Assembly (NCBI GenBank): GCA_965205945.1
Contig: CBDBIB010000002.1
Span: forward strand, 263,999 to 327,998
DNA length: 64,000 nt
Direction: 5' to 3'
Origin: Bdellovibrionales bacterium
Lineage (GTDB): Bacteria; Bdellovibrionota; Bdellovibrionia; Bdellovibrionales; UBA1609
Position 1 is the first letter of the stretch, and each line of letters starts with the position of its first letter. The notes beneath the pieces are model-generated. The model was not told the origin of the DNA, did not search any database, and saw only the letters and a list, made by a program, of their open reading frames with translations. The translations under genes were made by a program, and so were the position numbers. Positions 1-10,105 of the stretch are shown one piece after another.

Positions 1-366
1 GGTTACACCTTCTTGTTGATCTAAAATCCCAAGGTCTTCAGAAAGCTCTCTTTTGATATCTGCAATTAAAGGGTAGTCTAGTTCTTTAAGCTCTTGATTA
101 TGAGTTCTCCAGGCCATGTGGACGAATTCAGAATCAATACTTGCACCATAAAGCTCACAATTTCGCTCTTTAAATTCACCATAAAGATTATTAAAACCAA
201 CTAATTCTGTAGGGCAGACAAAGGTAAAATCTTTAGGATAAAAAAACATACACATCCATTTTCCTTTATAAGAATCATTTGAAATCTTGGTGAAAGCCTT
301 ATCTAGATTAGTGTCTACAGTAGCTGTAAGGTTAAATTGTGGGAATTTTCTTCCTACTCCTAACAT
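1..366 (-). CDS. ahpC: Peroxiredoxin AhpC (3' end runs off the window)
   Basis: Manual translation MLGVGRKFPQFNL...FFYPKDFTFVCPTE...; AAGGAG RBS upstream; absent from the ORF track. Confidence 0.9.
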   Translation of the reverse strand, partial: MLGVGRKFPQFNLTATVDTNLDKAFTKISNDSYKGKWMCMFFYPKDFTFVCPTELVGFNNLYGEFKERNCELYGASIDSEFVHMAWRTHNQELKELDYPLIADIKRELSEDLGILDQQEGVT

Positions 367-462
367 AATAGTCTCCTTTTTAATGTTGTTAAATCCCATG
401 TTCTACCTAGTTTAAATTAATAAAACAAGCTTGAGTTTTTTAAAAGATGCTATAAGTCGAAT

Positions 463-1263
463 TTAGATGTCTATTTTTTTAATAAAGAAAGGGTGTTTTT
501 CAGGCATAACCTTTAAAATAAAGTCTTTAAAGTGAGCGGCTTCATCGGTGATGAGTATTTGGTCTTTTAATTTTTTATTAAAAGATAAGGAGTCTTTTAA
601 AAGATTTCTTAATTGCACTGTTATTTTTTCAGAGGAATCAACAATTTTTATTACGATATTTTTTGATTTCATATGTTCTTTTAAGCGGTCTTTAAAAAAA
701 GGAAAATGAGTACATCCTAGTATTAAAGTGTCGATTTTAGGGTTTTGTAGAATATCTAAAAGGTAGTAATCAAAAGTTATATTTAAAAGAGGGTGAAGGC
801 TCCCCATTTCTTCAACAAGAGCAACTAGGGTTGGGCAGCTTACAGAGGTTAGCTTTACTTTAGGGTTTAAACTTAAAACTTCTTTGTCATATTTTTTTAA
901 AGAAACAGTAGTTCTTGTTGCCCATAGTCCAATATGATTTGTTTTAGTTTTATTAAGGGCAGCATGGGCTCCAGCTTTAATAACTCCAATAGTTTTAACA
1001 GGCAGGTCTATTTCATTTAAAACACTAGAGGCAGAGTTACAGGCCACAACAATAGCTTTAATAGGGTAGTTTAAGATTAGATATTTAATATTTCGTTTAA
1101 CATATTTTTTTATAGTGTCTTTTGATTTAGTTCCGTAAGGAAGTCTTGCCGTATCGCCTAGATAAATAAAGGATTCATTAGGAAAATCAGTTAAAAGTTT
1201 TGTAAGAATACTTAAACCACCCACCCCTGAATCAAAAACTCCGATGTAGTCTTGTTTGTTCAT
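463..1263 (-). CDS. murI: Glutamate racemase
   Basis: FDSGVGGLS, PYGTKS, VACNSAS and LGCTHFP motifs. Confidence 0.95.
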   Translation of the reverse strand: MNKQDYIGVFDSGVGGLSILTKLLTDFPNESFIYLGDTARLPYGTKSKDTIKKYVKRNIKYLILNYPIKAIVVACNSASSVLNEIDLPVKTIGVIKAGAHAALNKTKTNHIGLWATRTTVSLKKYDKEVLSLNPKVKLTSVSCPTLVALVEEMGSLHPLLNITFDYYLLDILQNPKIDTLILGCTHFPFFKDRLKEHMKSKNIVIKIVDSSEKITVQLRNLLKDSLSFNKKLKDQILITDEAAHFKDFILKVMPEKHPFFIKKIDI

Positions 1264-1279
1264 TATTAATGTTTCCTAA

Positions 1280-2329
1280 TTAAAGTAAAAGACCGTGGGC
1301 AATAGATTCTTTAATTCCTGAGGGACTCATTTTAATAAAACGAGCATTATCTTTTATATCTGAAAACTTAAGAGCATTAATATAGCTCATTCCAGAACGG
1401 ATGCCACCTGTAAGTTCAAGAATTACGCTTTCAACATGACCTTTTATATTTATCATATGAGATTCACCCTCAGCAGCCATGCCTTTAGCCACTCCACCTC
1501 TCCAAGAGTCTTGAGCTGAACGAGACGCCATACCGCGATAAAGCTTTTTACCATGGCGAATTTCACCAGGGCTCTCTAATGTGCCAGCTAATAATGAACC
1601 CACCATTACAGAATCTGCACCAGCACAAAAAGCTTTAAAAATATCTCCAGAAGTTTTTAACCCTCCATCGGCAATTATAGGAATATCGTGTTTTTCAGCC
1701 TCTAGTTTACACATTGCAATGGAGGTGAGTTGTGGAAGTCCACAACCAGTAATGATCCTAGTGGTGCACATTGAACCAGGTCCAATACCAACTTTTATAG
1801 CATCTGCGCCAGTACTAGCAAGATCCTCTACAGCTTTAGGTGTTGCAACATTTCCAGCTATAACCTGTAAACTTGGAAATTCAGCCTTAATCCAAGAGGT
1901 TAAATCCATCATAGTTGAGCTATGTCCATGGGCTATATCAATAGTTATAAGCTTAATTCCTGCGTGAAAAAGAGCTTTTGCACGTTCTTTTCCCTTATCA
2001 CCTATACCAATACTAGCTGCAAGCAAAGGTGTTTTTGATTTTTCAACGATTTTTAGTTCTTTAATTTGTTGTTTAATATCAATAAATCTATGAAGAATTC
2101 CCATGGCTCCTAAATCCGACATAGCCTTAGCCATGTTGCCTTCAGTAATAGTGTCCATATTTGAGCTTATAATAGGAATTTTTCTTTGAATTTTTTTTGT
2201 AATATATGAAGTTAAATCAGGGTTTGTTCTAGATTTAATTTCTGATTTACAAGGTACAATAAGAACATCATCAAAGGTTAATCCTTCAGGCCTATGAGCA
2301 ATGTCATGTCTAGTTAAAAATGTGCCCAT
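1280..2329 (-). CDS. guaB: IMP dehydrogenase / GMP reductase family protein, lacking CBS domains
   Basis: GLTFDDVL, SSNMDT, KVGIGPGSMCTTR, IIADGG, YRGMAS; IMPDH versus GMPR not resolvable by eye. Confidence 0.75.
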   Translation of the reverse strand: MGTFLTRHDIAHRPEGLTFDDVLIVPCKSEIKSRTNPDLTSYITKKIQRKIPIISSNMDTITEGNMAKAMSDLGAMGILHRFIDIKQQIKELKIVEKSKTPLLAASIGIGDKGKERAKALFHAGIKLITIDIAHGHSSTMMDLTSWIKAEFPSLQVIAGNVATPKAVEDLASTGADAIKVGIGPGSMCTTRIITGCGLPQLTSIAMCKLEAEKHDIPIIADGGLKTSGDIFKAFCAGADSVMVGSLLAGTLESPGEIRHGKKLYRGMASRSAQDSWRGGVAKGMAAEGESHMINIKGHVESVILELTGGIRSGMSYINALKFSDIKDNARFIKMSPSGIKESIAHGLLL

Positions 2330-2340
2330 TAAGTTTCTCC

Positions 2341-3036
2341 TTAGGCTTTAAAATCATCTTGTGTTTTTTTCCCTTTGTTGAGTAATAAATAAATGTGGAA
2401 AATATAAGCATAACTAATAATAACACTTATTGATTGAGCTAGAGTTGTTACTATGCCTAATAACATGTTTATAGGAGATTCAAAAATAATTTTTCCTTGG
2501 TTTGTAGCTAAAAATATTAATAAAGGAAAAATTAAAGTGAATATAAATAGTGGTATTAAAAAAGGACTGTTTAAAGAAAGTTTATTTCGGGATTCTTTAA
2601 TAGGATCAAAGTGAGGATCATTCATTCTAGAGTCTAAAAAAACCATGGGAATAGAGAGGCTTAATCTTAAATTTTCAAGGATACCTGGGATAATAAGAAG
2701 AAAAGTCCGTAGTATAACTCTAACTTGAAATCTAGCTTCAATGATAATCCAATTAACTAAATGAGGTTTTAAAAAATTTAAAACAGATTTTTTAGAATGA
2801 AGTTTTAACAGGTCACCAAACGTAAAAATAGAATATATTTTTATATAAGCTCCAAAAAAAAGATTTATTAAAAAAGCTATAAGTGTAAATTTAATTTGAT
2901 CTGTATCACTATAAGAATTTGTTTTGATAAGAATTTGAGCAAAATTTAAAGTAATGAGTTGAGTAAAAACTAATAAAAACACAATTGTAAAGTGCTTTGA
3001 AAAAAAAAAGAGTTTAATGAGTTTTTTAAAGTCCAT
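2341..3036 (-). CDS. Hypothetical integral membrane protein
   Basis: 231 aa ORF with several hydrophobic segments, co-oriented with guaB and murI. Confidence 0.7.
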   Translation of the reverse strand: MDFKKLIKLFFFSKHFTIVFLLVFTQLITLNFAQILIKTNSYSDTDQIKFTLIAFLINLFFGAYIKIYSIFTFGDLLKLHSKKSVLNFLKPHLVNWIIIEARFQVRVILRTFLLIIPGILENLRLSLSIPMVFLDSRMNDPHFDPIKESRNKLSLNSPFLIPLFIFTLIFPLLIFLATNQGKIIFESPINMLLGIVTTLAQSISVIISYAYIFHIYLLLNKGKKTQDDFKA

Positions 3037-3291
3037 ATTAGAAATAAAGCCTATCTGTTTTAAGCTTTAAAGGGTAGTTTATATCTAAAATATGAGGGAT
3101 AATTAAGCTTTTTCTTATAATGATAAAATTAAATTCAAGGATTTAGGCTCTAAAAGGTTATTAAAATTTAGATTATTCTCATAAAATATCTTTTTGTGAC
3201 AAATTATATGTTAGATATATAAGAACAATGCACTTTTGCAACAAAGTCAGGATTTTTTATAAAATCTTAATATTATATAGTTAAAAGAGTT

Positions 3292-3318
3292 TAATTCTTT
3301 TACAGCTTTTGCCGATAT
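3292..3318 (+). promoter_or_regulatory. Putative sigma28 (FliA)-type promoter
   Basis: TAAT-N15-GCCGATAT versus consensus TAAA-N15-GCCGATAA, 9 nt before the ATG at 3328. Confidence 0.5.
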
Positions 3319-3327
3319 GTTTTTATA

Positions 3328-5490
3328 ATGAAAATATGTATTGGAGTTTTATTATTAATATTTTTGCAAGCTGCCTATGGCGGTGATGCACCTGGTAATT
3401 ACTACCCCTATGGTGGTGTCTATGGCTATGACGGTTATGATTTTATTTACGAGGATACTGATGATACTTACGATGATCCTGGCGGTCTGTACGATGATAC
3501 TAGTGACTCCCATGAGGATACCTTTGGCGGTCATGATGTAGGTGCTGTACCTGCTCATCAGAAAGAACGTTATGGCTATTACGATGATACTGGCGGTCCG
3601 TACTATGATACTTACGATATAGGTATGGATTCTATGGGAGATAATGACTTGGCCGTAGCTTTAGAAAATTGTAGAAATACAGGCGGCACTGTGAAGGTGA
3701 CAAGTTCTTCCCCTAGAGTATTTGAATGTGTGTATCCAAAAAATCAACCACAGATTGGTGATAGTGACTCCCATGAGGAGGATACCTCTGGCGGTAACAG
3801 TATTGATTCTATGGGAGATAATGAATTGGCCGTAGCTTTTTGTAGAAATACAGGCGGCACTGCGAAGGTGACAAGTTTTTTCCCTAGAGCATTTGAATGT
3901 GTGTATCTAAAAAATCAACCACAGATTGGTGATAGTGACTCCCATGAGGAGGGTCTAGAAAATACACAAAACTGTGAATTATTTGATTATGAAGGTGATG
4001 CTGCTTTATGTACTGTTCAAAATGCCAGTCATAATAAGTTAAAATGTCCTTATCTTGCATGTTTTACTCAACAAGAGATAGAGTTAACTACTAATTTAAT
4101 AAAAAAAGAATTAGAAGAACTTTTAGACAAAGCAAAAATAAAGGAAATTCAACGTTGTCAGAGTGCTGTTAAAACTTATAAAGCTAAGTGTGTGGAGAGT
4201 CCTTCTCAAATTAATGCTAATGGTAATACAGCAAGGGCAGGATCAGCTGAACTATGTAGCCAAGTAAAACAAGTGGCTGAACAAGAACTAGAGGCTGACA
4301 CAAACTTTGTATCTAAATGTGAAGAAGCTTATGTAGAATTTTTTGGTGACAAATGTCTTTTAAGCGTTAGTAAAGAAGTTTCGAGGATTGCTGAATTTAA
4401 TGGGCAGGTTATTAAAGAAATTACAGAATCTGGAACTCGCTATATTAATGAAAATAATACCTTGAGTAATGAAGTTGATGCTTTACGTGTTCGTGTAGTA
4501 AAACGCTCTAACGAATTAGACATTAGCCGTGGAAAAATACAAGAAGCTGCGGATAAATGTCTGGCTACATTTAAAGAGCCTGATAAAGATCCAACATTTG
4601 CAGAAAAAATAAAACAAAAGAGTGAAAAGTATTTAAAAAAAGTGCCTAAACTTTTAGAAAAACATTCAGGAAAAATTGAAAAATATTCAGGAAAAATTAA
4701 AAAATGGCTAGCAAAAAAAGACTTAGATGATAAGGATAATAAGTTAGCAGGAGGGAGTGGAGTAAAAACAAACTATGACAGTGTTTATATAAAAGGGCAA
4801 TCTAACAATGCTGGCGAAACAATTAGTCTAAGTAGTGGGTTACAAGAGGATGCTCCTTCTTATGGAGGAGGATTAGATGATCAACATCTTCATGTAAAAA
4901 GTTCTAATTCTAAGCCGATTACTCCTAAACATTATAATGAGCAACAAGCCTCTAGAAACACTCCTTCTGTAGGAGTCACAGGAGCTAATCTTTTTACAGA
5001 TTCAAAAAACAGTAAGGGTAATGCCAGAAAAGTTAAAAGAAGGCGTGGCATTAAAGAACGAAAGCTTTTTAATGGATATAAAGTTAAAAACTTAAAGCCC
5101 TCCTTTCTTGGTCATCATATATCTATACCTAAAAAAACGGATTTTGCTATATATGGTAAAAAACGCTTACGTAAAAGACTAGAAGAGGCTCAAGATAAAT
5201 TCGGAAAAAATGTTCCACTTGCTTTTGTAAATGGTAAATTTGTACAAGCATTTTTAGCAGAGCAAGAAGCAAAGAGAAAATTAGCAAGAACTGCTGCTGT
5301 GGGGGCAAGAAAATGGGGTAAATCAATTCTAGTCTTTTCAAATGGAGAAATTGCTACTGATATAAATCCAAACATGATGGGAGATATTTTTCGTCAAATA
5401 AATTTTAGGTATCAGCAAGTTTTTCCTGAAGAAGCATCTAGGTTTGACCTTAAAGCTTATAAAAAAGGTACAAGTATTAGGATTGATTAG
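3328..5490 (+). CDS. Secreted hypothetical protein: D/Y/G-rich N-terminus, duplicated Cys-pair module, Cys-containing helical middle, basic C-terminus
   Basis: Signal peptide-like N-terminus; 720 aa ORF; internal repeats. Confidence 0.75.
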   Translation: MKICIGVLLLIFLQAAYGGDAPGNYYPYGGVYGYDGYDFIYEDTDDTYDDPGGLYDDTSDSHEDTFGGHDVGAVPAHQKERYGYYDDTGGPYYDTYDIGMDSMGDNDLAVALENCRNTGGTVKVTSSSPRVFECVYPKNQPQIGDSDSHEEDTSGGNSIDSMGDNELAVAFCRNTGGTAKVTSFFPRAFECVYLKNQPQIGDSDSHEEGLENTQNCELFDYEGDAALCTVQNASHNKLKCPYLACFTQQEIELTTNLIKKELEELLDKAKIKEIQRCQSAVKTYKAKCVESPSQINANGNTARAGSAELCSQVKQVAEQELEADTNFVSKCEEAYVEFFGDKCLLSVSKEVSRIAEFNGQVIKEITESGTRYINENNTLSNEVDALRVRVVKRSNELDISRGKIQEAADKCLATFKEPDKDPTFAEKIKQKSEKYLKKVPKLLEKHSGKIEKYSGKIKKWLAKKDLDDKDNKLAGGSGVKTNYDSVYIKGQSNNAGETISLSSGLQEDAPSYGGGLDDQHLHVKSSNSKPITPKHYNEQQASRNTPSVGVTGANLFTDSKNSKGNARKVKRRRGIKERKLFNGYKVKNLKPSFLGHHISIPKKTDFAIYGKKRLRKRLEEAQDKFGKNVPLAFVNGKFVQAFLAEQEAKRKLARTAAVGARKWGKSILVFSNGEIATDINPNMMGDIFRQINFRYQQVFPEEASRFDLKAYKKGTSIRID
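3628..3951 (+). repeat. Intragenic direct repeat of ~150 bp, two copies (3628-3780 and 3805-3951)
   Basis: Both copies encode DSMGDNxLAVA..CRNTGGTxKVTSxxPRxFECVYxKNQPQIGDSDSHEE. Confidence 0.9.
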
Positions 5491-5570
5491 ATATTTTATT
5501 ATTGCTTAAGTCTAGAAAAGTACTAAAAATATTTTGTAAAGTTTTTTAAAAAAGACTAGGTTTATACTAA

Positions 5571-7292
5571 ATGAAAATAGCATCGTATAACCTGATATTA
5601 GTTCTTTTTTTATTCACAGCTTCCGTAGCAAGTGCTGAATCTTGTTTAATGTCCTTTGATAAAATTAAAAATAGTGACCTTTGTAATATGAATAAAATAA
5701 AGAAGTTAAAAGATGAAAGTTTAGCTTCGTTTGCTTTGTGTAATAAAAGAAAGGTGACTAAAGCTTTAAGACTTTTTGCAAGTTGTGAGCAAATGGCACT
5801 AAAAACATCTCATGTTTGCAAACAAGAAAGTACTACGGGTGCCACACAAAAACTTATATCTTATATAAGTTTTATAAAAAATACTAAAAATCGTTTACAA
5901 AGTAAAAAATTTACTCATTGTTTTAAGACTAAAGCTTTACTTAATAAATTAAAGACTAAAGATTTATTAAAAGTGGCCTCCTTAGCCATAGATAATAAAG
6001 GAATTAAAGAGTCTTCCTTAAAAAAAGAATCTAAAATTATAAACTCTACAAAGACTAGTGATTCTTTAATTATAAAACAAACTGCTCTTAAAAAAAAGAA
6101 TATAAAAAACAAAGAAGCTTCATACAAAGTTGATCCAAAGGATTTTAAACAAACCCTTATCCAGGGTAAAACAAAAACAAAAAATGTTGTAAAAAAAATA
6201 AAAAATAAAAATATAACTAGAAGTTTAACATCTTTAATAAATAATAAAGCTCTTTTAAAAGAAGCTTTATTAGATGATAATAATAAAGATTCTATATTTT
6301 ATGGAATGACAGATCTTCAAAAAAGCTTATGTAAGAAGGTTCTTAAATCTGGAGATGAGAAGGGAATTAGGGCTGCGTGCCTTCAATCAATAAATGCTGC
6401 ATGGTTTCTGGATCGAGACAATTCTATGTCTGATGTAAATGATGATGCAAGCAAAGCACTTTATATATTATCAAGCAAAAAAGGACGAGTAGTGCTTACC
6501 CAAATTTGTCCCGGAGTTTTTGTAACTGTAGCACATGCAGCAATTTCTAATAAGGTTTTATCTTATAAAGGGGAAGCTTTAAAAAAATTTTTAGCAAGTA
6601 GGGCTGGAGAAAGAATTAGAATTTATTCTTTTCCTCACACAAAAGGCAGATATTTTAACGGAGAGTCTATAAACTTTGAGTATTTTGGAGAACGCTTAAG
6701 TAAACCTGAAGCTTTTAATAACCTTTTTGATGACTATTTAATATTAAAATTAAAACCATTAGAGGCAAAAGCCTACGCAAAATCTAAGGGGTTTAGGTAC
6801 AATCCTGAGTATTATATTACCCCAGTGTCAGCTTTTGCTGAAAAAATTAAAAGGGCTTCTGATAATAAGGAAATTGATATTTACCTTTATAGAGGAAGAA
6901 CACGGTTTAATTTTGATAACGAAGCTAAAACTCCTATTATTAATGAGGATGGTTACTTTGAGGACAGGAGTATGTCACCACTTTTAAGTAAGATTTTTGA
7001 TGTACCTCAAAGAGTTAATGTACGGTGTGAAATTGGAGATGGTAGTAGAAATTTTATGATACATTCATGTCCAACAGAAAATGGAGTGTCTTCGAGTCCT
7101 TATATTTTTAAAAAGAATAAAAAGTTTTATTTAGTTGGTATTCATCAAAGCGGAAATGGTAGGCGTGAAGAAAAATTTGATTTTAATCAAAATGGAGGTA
7201 CTACTTGCTTACTATCTAATGCTTTTTGTAAAGACTATGAAAAAGCTTGTGGTAAACCCTGCTTAACTTTAGAAAAAGTGCTTTCTATATAA
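5571..7292 (+). CDS. Secreted protein with a C-terminal trypsin-like serine peptidase domain
   Basis: Signal peptide (ASA); VTVAHA (His), DDYLILKL (Asp), NGVSSSP (Ser), LVGIHQSG. Confidence 0.7.
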   Translation: MKIASYNLILVLFLFTASVASAESCLMSFDKIKNSDLCNMNKIKKLKDESLASFALCNKRKVTKALRLFASCEQMALKTSHVCKQESTTGATQKLISYISFIKNTKNRLQSKKFTHCFKTKALLNKLKTKDLLKVASLAIDNKGIKESSLKKESKIINSTKTSDSLIIKQTALKKKNIKNKEASYKVDPKDFKQTLIQGKTKTKNVVKKIKNKNITRSLTSLINNKALLKEALLDDNNKDSIFYGMTDLQKSLCKKVLKSGDEKGIRAACLQSINAAWFLDRDNSMSDVNDDASKALYILSSKKGRVVLTQICPGVFVTVAHAAISNKVLSYKGEALKKFLASRAGERIRIYSFPHTKGRYFNGESINFEYFGERLSKPEAFNNLFDDYLILKLKPLEAKAYAKSKGFRYNPEYYITPVSAFAEKIKRASDNKEIDIYLYRGRTRFNFDNEAKTPIINEDGYFEDRSMSPLLSKIFDVPQRVNVRCEIGDGSRNFMIHSCPTENGVSSSPYIFKKNKKFYLVGIHQSGNGRREEKFDFNQNGGTTCLLSNAFCKDYEKACGKPCLTLEKVLSI

Positions 7293-7376
7293 AAACTTAA
7301 CTCTTATGTATTATTTATCTGACAATTTAAAGTTAAATTTTATTTAGTAATTGAATTTAATGGTTTTAAAATAAGC

Positions 7377-8375
7377 TTAATTTGCGTATTTTATTCTTTT
7401 TGCATCTTGGTGAAGGGCTTTTGTTTTATGTCCGTGCTTAAAGTGATGAGCACAATTTTTTGAGCAAGTTTGATATTTTTTTTCTTTATTCCAACAAATT
7501 TTACAAACTCCGTAAGATTCTAAGTTACATTGAATACAGTTAAATTCATTTTTTTTGCAGGGTTGCCCGCAATGTATACAAAGTGTGTGCGTACTTGTGG
7601 GTTTTAAATTTTGATTTATAGCAACTCTATGGTCAAAAATAAAACACTCACCAGTAAAATGAGCATTGGGATATTTAGCTAAATAGTTTAATATTCCACC
7701 TTCTAGTTGGTATATTTGCTTATATCCTTGCTCGGCCATTTCTAAAGAGCCTTTCTCACACCTAATGCCACCAGTGCAGAAGACGAGAACAGGTTTATTT
7801 TTTTTAAGATTAGATTTTTTAACTAGATCTGGAAATTGAGTAAATTCATTCATATTCCAATTTTGCGCATTAGTAAAAGTCCCCATCTCAACTTCAAAAC
7901 TATTTCTAATATCAATTAACTGTACATCAGGGTTATTCGTTAAAAACTCATGCCACTGTTTTGGTGACATATGCTTTACAGAATCTGGTTTTTTACTCTT
8001 TGGTGAGAGTTTTGTTTTACCAATAGTAACGATCTCATCTCGAAGCTTTACCTTCATTCGTCTAAATGGACTAGGTGCATAGGTAAAACTATCTTTAAAA
8101 GTAATTTTTTCTCCAGAAAGCTTATTTAAATGGTCTTTAAATAAGCTTAATGAGCCCTCTAAAGCAACTGTGCCATTAAAACCCTCAGTTGAAACTATGA
8201 TTAGGCCTTTAATATCATTGTTATGGCACCATGCTTTAAGTAAAGTTATATGTTCTTTAATAGAATGGCTTTTAGGCCAGTTAAAGAACTTATAAAAAGT
8301 CGTAACATAATATTTCTTTTGTACTTTTTCATCTTTTATCATAAAAAAGATTAATAACAATAAATAAAGGACCAT
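7377..8375 (-). CDS. trhO: Rhodanese-domain tRNA U34 hydroxylase TrhO (UPF0176); true start probably at MIKDEK
   Basis: FYKF, EGFNGT, IDIRNSFE, FCTGGIRCEK, LEGGILNY, CFIFDHR. Confidence 0.85.
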   Translation of the reverse strand: MVLYLLLLIFFMIKDEKVQKKYYVTTFYKFFNWPKSHSIKEHITLLKAWCHNNDIKGLIIVSTEGFNGTVALEGSLSLFKDHLNKLSGEKITFKDSFTYAPSPFRRMKVKLRDEIVTIGKTKLSPKSKKPDSVKHMSPKQWHEFLTNNPDVQLIDIRNSFEVEMGTFTNAQNWNMNEFTQFPDLVKKSNLKKNKPVLVFCTGGIRCEKGSLEMAEQGYKQIYQLEGGILNYLAKYPNAHFTGECFIFDHRVAINQNLKPTSTHTLCIHCGQPCKKNEFNCIQCNLESYGVCKICWNKEKKYQTCSKNCAHHFKHGHKTKALHQDAKRIKYAN

Positions 8376-8387
8376 TCAACAATTCAT

Positions 8388-9287
8388 ATGAAAAAACCTC
8401 TTGAAATAAAAAATGTAACAAAAAAGTACAATGATTTTATAGCTGTAAATAACGTGAGTTTTGATTTAGAAAGTGGAGAAATTTTTGGTCTTTTAGGACC
8501 TAATGGTGCAGGAAAAACTACTTTAATTTCTTGTATTGTAACTCTTGAGCAAATGACAAGAGGAGCTGTGAAAGTTTTAGGGAATGATATTTATCAGAAC
8601 CCTAAAACTGCTAAAACTTTTTTAGGATATGTGCCTCAAGAAGTCATTAATCATGGGTATTTTACTGTTAGAGAAATACTTCAATTTTATTCTGGCTATT
8701 TTGGTCTTTTAAAAAATAATGAAAGAATAAACTACCTATTAGAAAAACTTAGATTAACGAAGCAAAGAAATAAAAATGTAAAGCAATTAAGTGGTGGGAT
8801 GAAGAGGCGACTTATGATTGCAAAAGCCTTGGTTCATAGTCCTAAAGTTTTATTATTAGATGAGCCTACAGCTGGTGTAGATATAGAACTTAGAAATTCA
8901 TTATGGGAATTTGTATTAGAACTTAAAAAAGCGGGGACAACAGTTCTTTTAACAACCCATTACTTAGAAGAAGCTGAAAGTCTTTGTGATAGAGTGGCAG
9001 TTATAGATTATGGAGAGATAAAAAAGATTGGAAAAACAAAGGATTTAATTTCAGAACTAACTTTTAGAAAGTTAGAGATTCAAACAGCTTTAAAAGTAGA
9101 ATTAAATAAGTCGGAGTACATAAAAGAGCAAACTCAGACAAAAATCTGTGTGGAGTTTCCATCAAAATTTCAAGTAGGAGAGATATTATTAAAAATAGGA
9201 TTAGATTTTAATAAAATTGTTGATTTACAGTTAAAAGAAGGATCTTTAGAAGAAGCTTTTTTAAAAATCTTAGGAGGAAAATCATAA
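8388..9287 (+). CDS. ABC transporter ATP-binding protein (YadG-like)
   Basis: GPNGAGKTT, LSGGMKRR, LLDEPTAG. Confidence 0.92.
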   Translation: MKKPLEIKNVTKKYNDFIAVNNVSFDLESGEIFGLLGPNGAGKTTLISCIVTLEQMTRGAVKVLGNDIYQNPKTAKTFLGYVPQEVINHGYFTVREILQFYSGYFGLLKNNERINYLLEKLRLTKQRNKNVKQLSGGMKRRLMIAKALVHSPKVLLLDEPTAGVDIELRNSLWEFVLELKKAGTTVLLTTHYLEEAESLCDRVAVIDYGEIKKIGKTKDLISELTFRKLEIQTALKVELNKSEYIKEQTQTKICVEFPSKFQVGEILLKIGLDFNKIVDLQLKEGSLEEAFLKILGGKS

Positions 9288-10087
9288 TGTTTTCTAATAA
9301 ACAAGACATTCGATTTCATCCATTCTTAATGCTTTTTTGGAAAGAAATAAGAAGATTTCTAAGAGTAACTGTTCAAACAGTTATTACCCCAGTAATCAAT
9401 TCAAGTCTTTATCTTGTTATATTTGGAGTGAGTCTTGGCAGTAGTATTGATACAGGGTTTAATATTCCTTATTTAGCTTTTTTGATTTCAGGTCTTGTGA
9501 TGATGTCGTGTTTAAATAATTCGTTTCAAAACACATCGGCTTCTATTGTTAGTGGTAAATTTTCAGGAGACTTAGAAGATTTAAAAGTGGTGCCTTTAAG
9601 TCAACAACAGATTATATGGGCAATGTGTTTTGGTGGTGTGACAAGAGGTGTATTGGTTTCAGCCGTAAATTTTTTAGCAGGTCAGTGCTTTTATTATTTA
9701 CATTTTGGCCACTTTATAAATATTCATTCAATATTTGGTTTAGTTTTTTTTCTAATTTCTGGAGCTCTAGTTTATGCAAAACTTGGAATTTTTGTAGCTT
9801 TTTTATCAAAAACTTTTGATCAAATGAGTGCAGTTACAGTATTTGTACTACAACCACTTGCATTTTTAGGTGGAGTGTTTTTTAGTTTAAATAATCTAAG
9901 TCCCTTTTGGAAACAGGTCTCGTTGTTTAATCCTGTGTTATATTTAATAAATGGGGTTAGGTATAGTATTTTGGGTGTAGCAGACGTGGCAGTGGAGTCT
10001 TCAACTATTGTAATATTAGTGAGTTTAGTTGTTTCTCATGGACTTGTGGTGTTTACATTAAATCGTAGTGATTTTAAAAGATGGTGA
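9287..10087 (+). CDS. ABC-2 transporter permease (YadH-like)
   Basis: KEIRRFLRV, FLGGVFF, NPVLYLINGVR; coupled to the ATPase gene. Confidence 0.9.
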   Translation: MFSNKQDIRFHPFLMLFWKEIRRFLRVTVQTVITPVINSSLYLVIFGVSLGSSIDTGFNIPYLAFLISGLVMMSCLNNSFQNTSASIVSGKFSGDLEDLKVVPLSQQQIIWAMCFGGVTRGVLVSAVNFLAGQCFYYLHFGHFINIHSIFGLVFFLISGALVYAKLGIFVAFLSKTFDQMSAVTVFVLQPLAFLGGVFFSLNNLSPFWKQVSLFNPVLYLINGVRYSILGVADVAVESSTIVILVSLVVSHGLVVFTLNRSDFKRW

Positions 10088-10105
10088 TAAGTAAGGGAGT
10101 AAAAG

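Noticed and set aside
1581..1967. Antisense ORFs from the track (e.g. 1581-1967, 11315-11623, 25443-25676, 45310-45624, 52284-52496, 61749-61997)
   Set aside because: Shadows of well-supported genes on the opposite strand, with no recognisable motifs.
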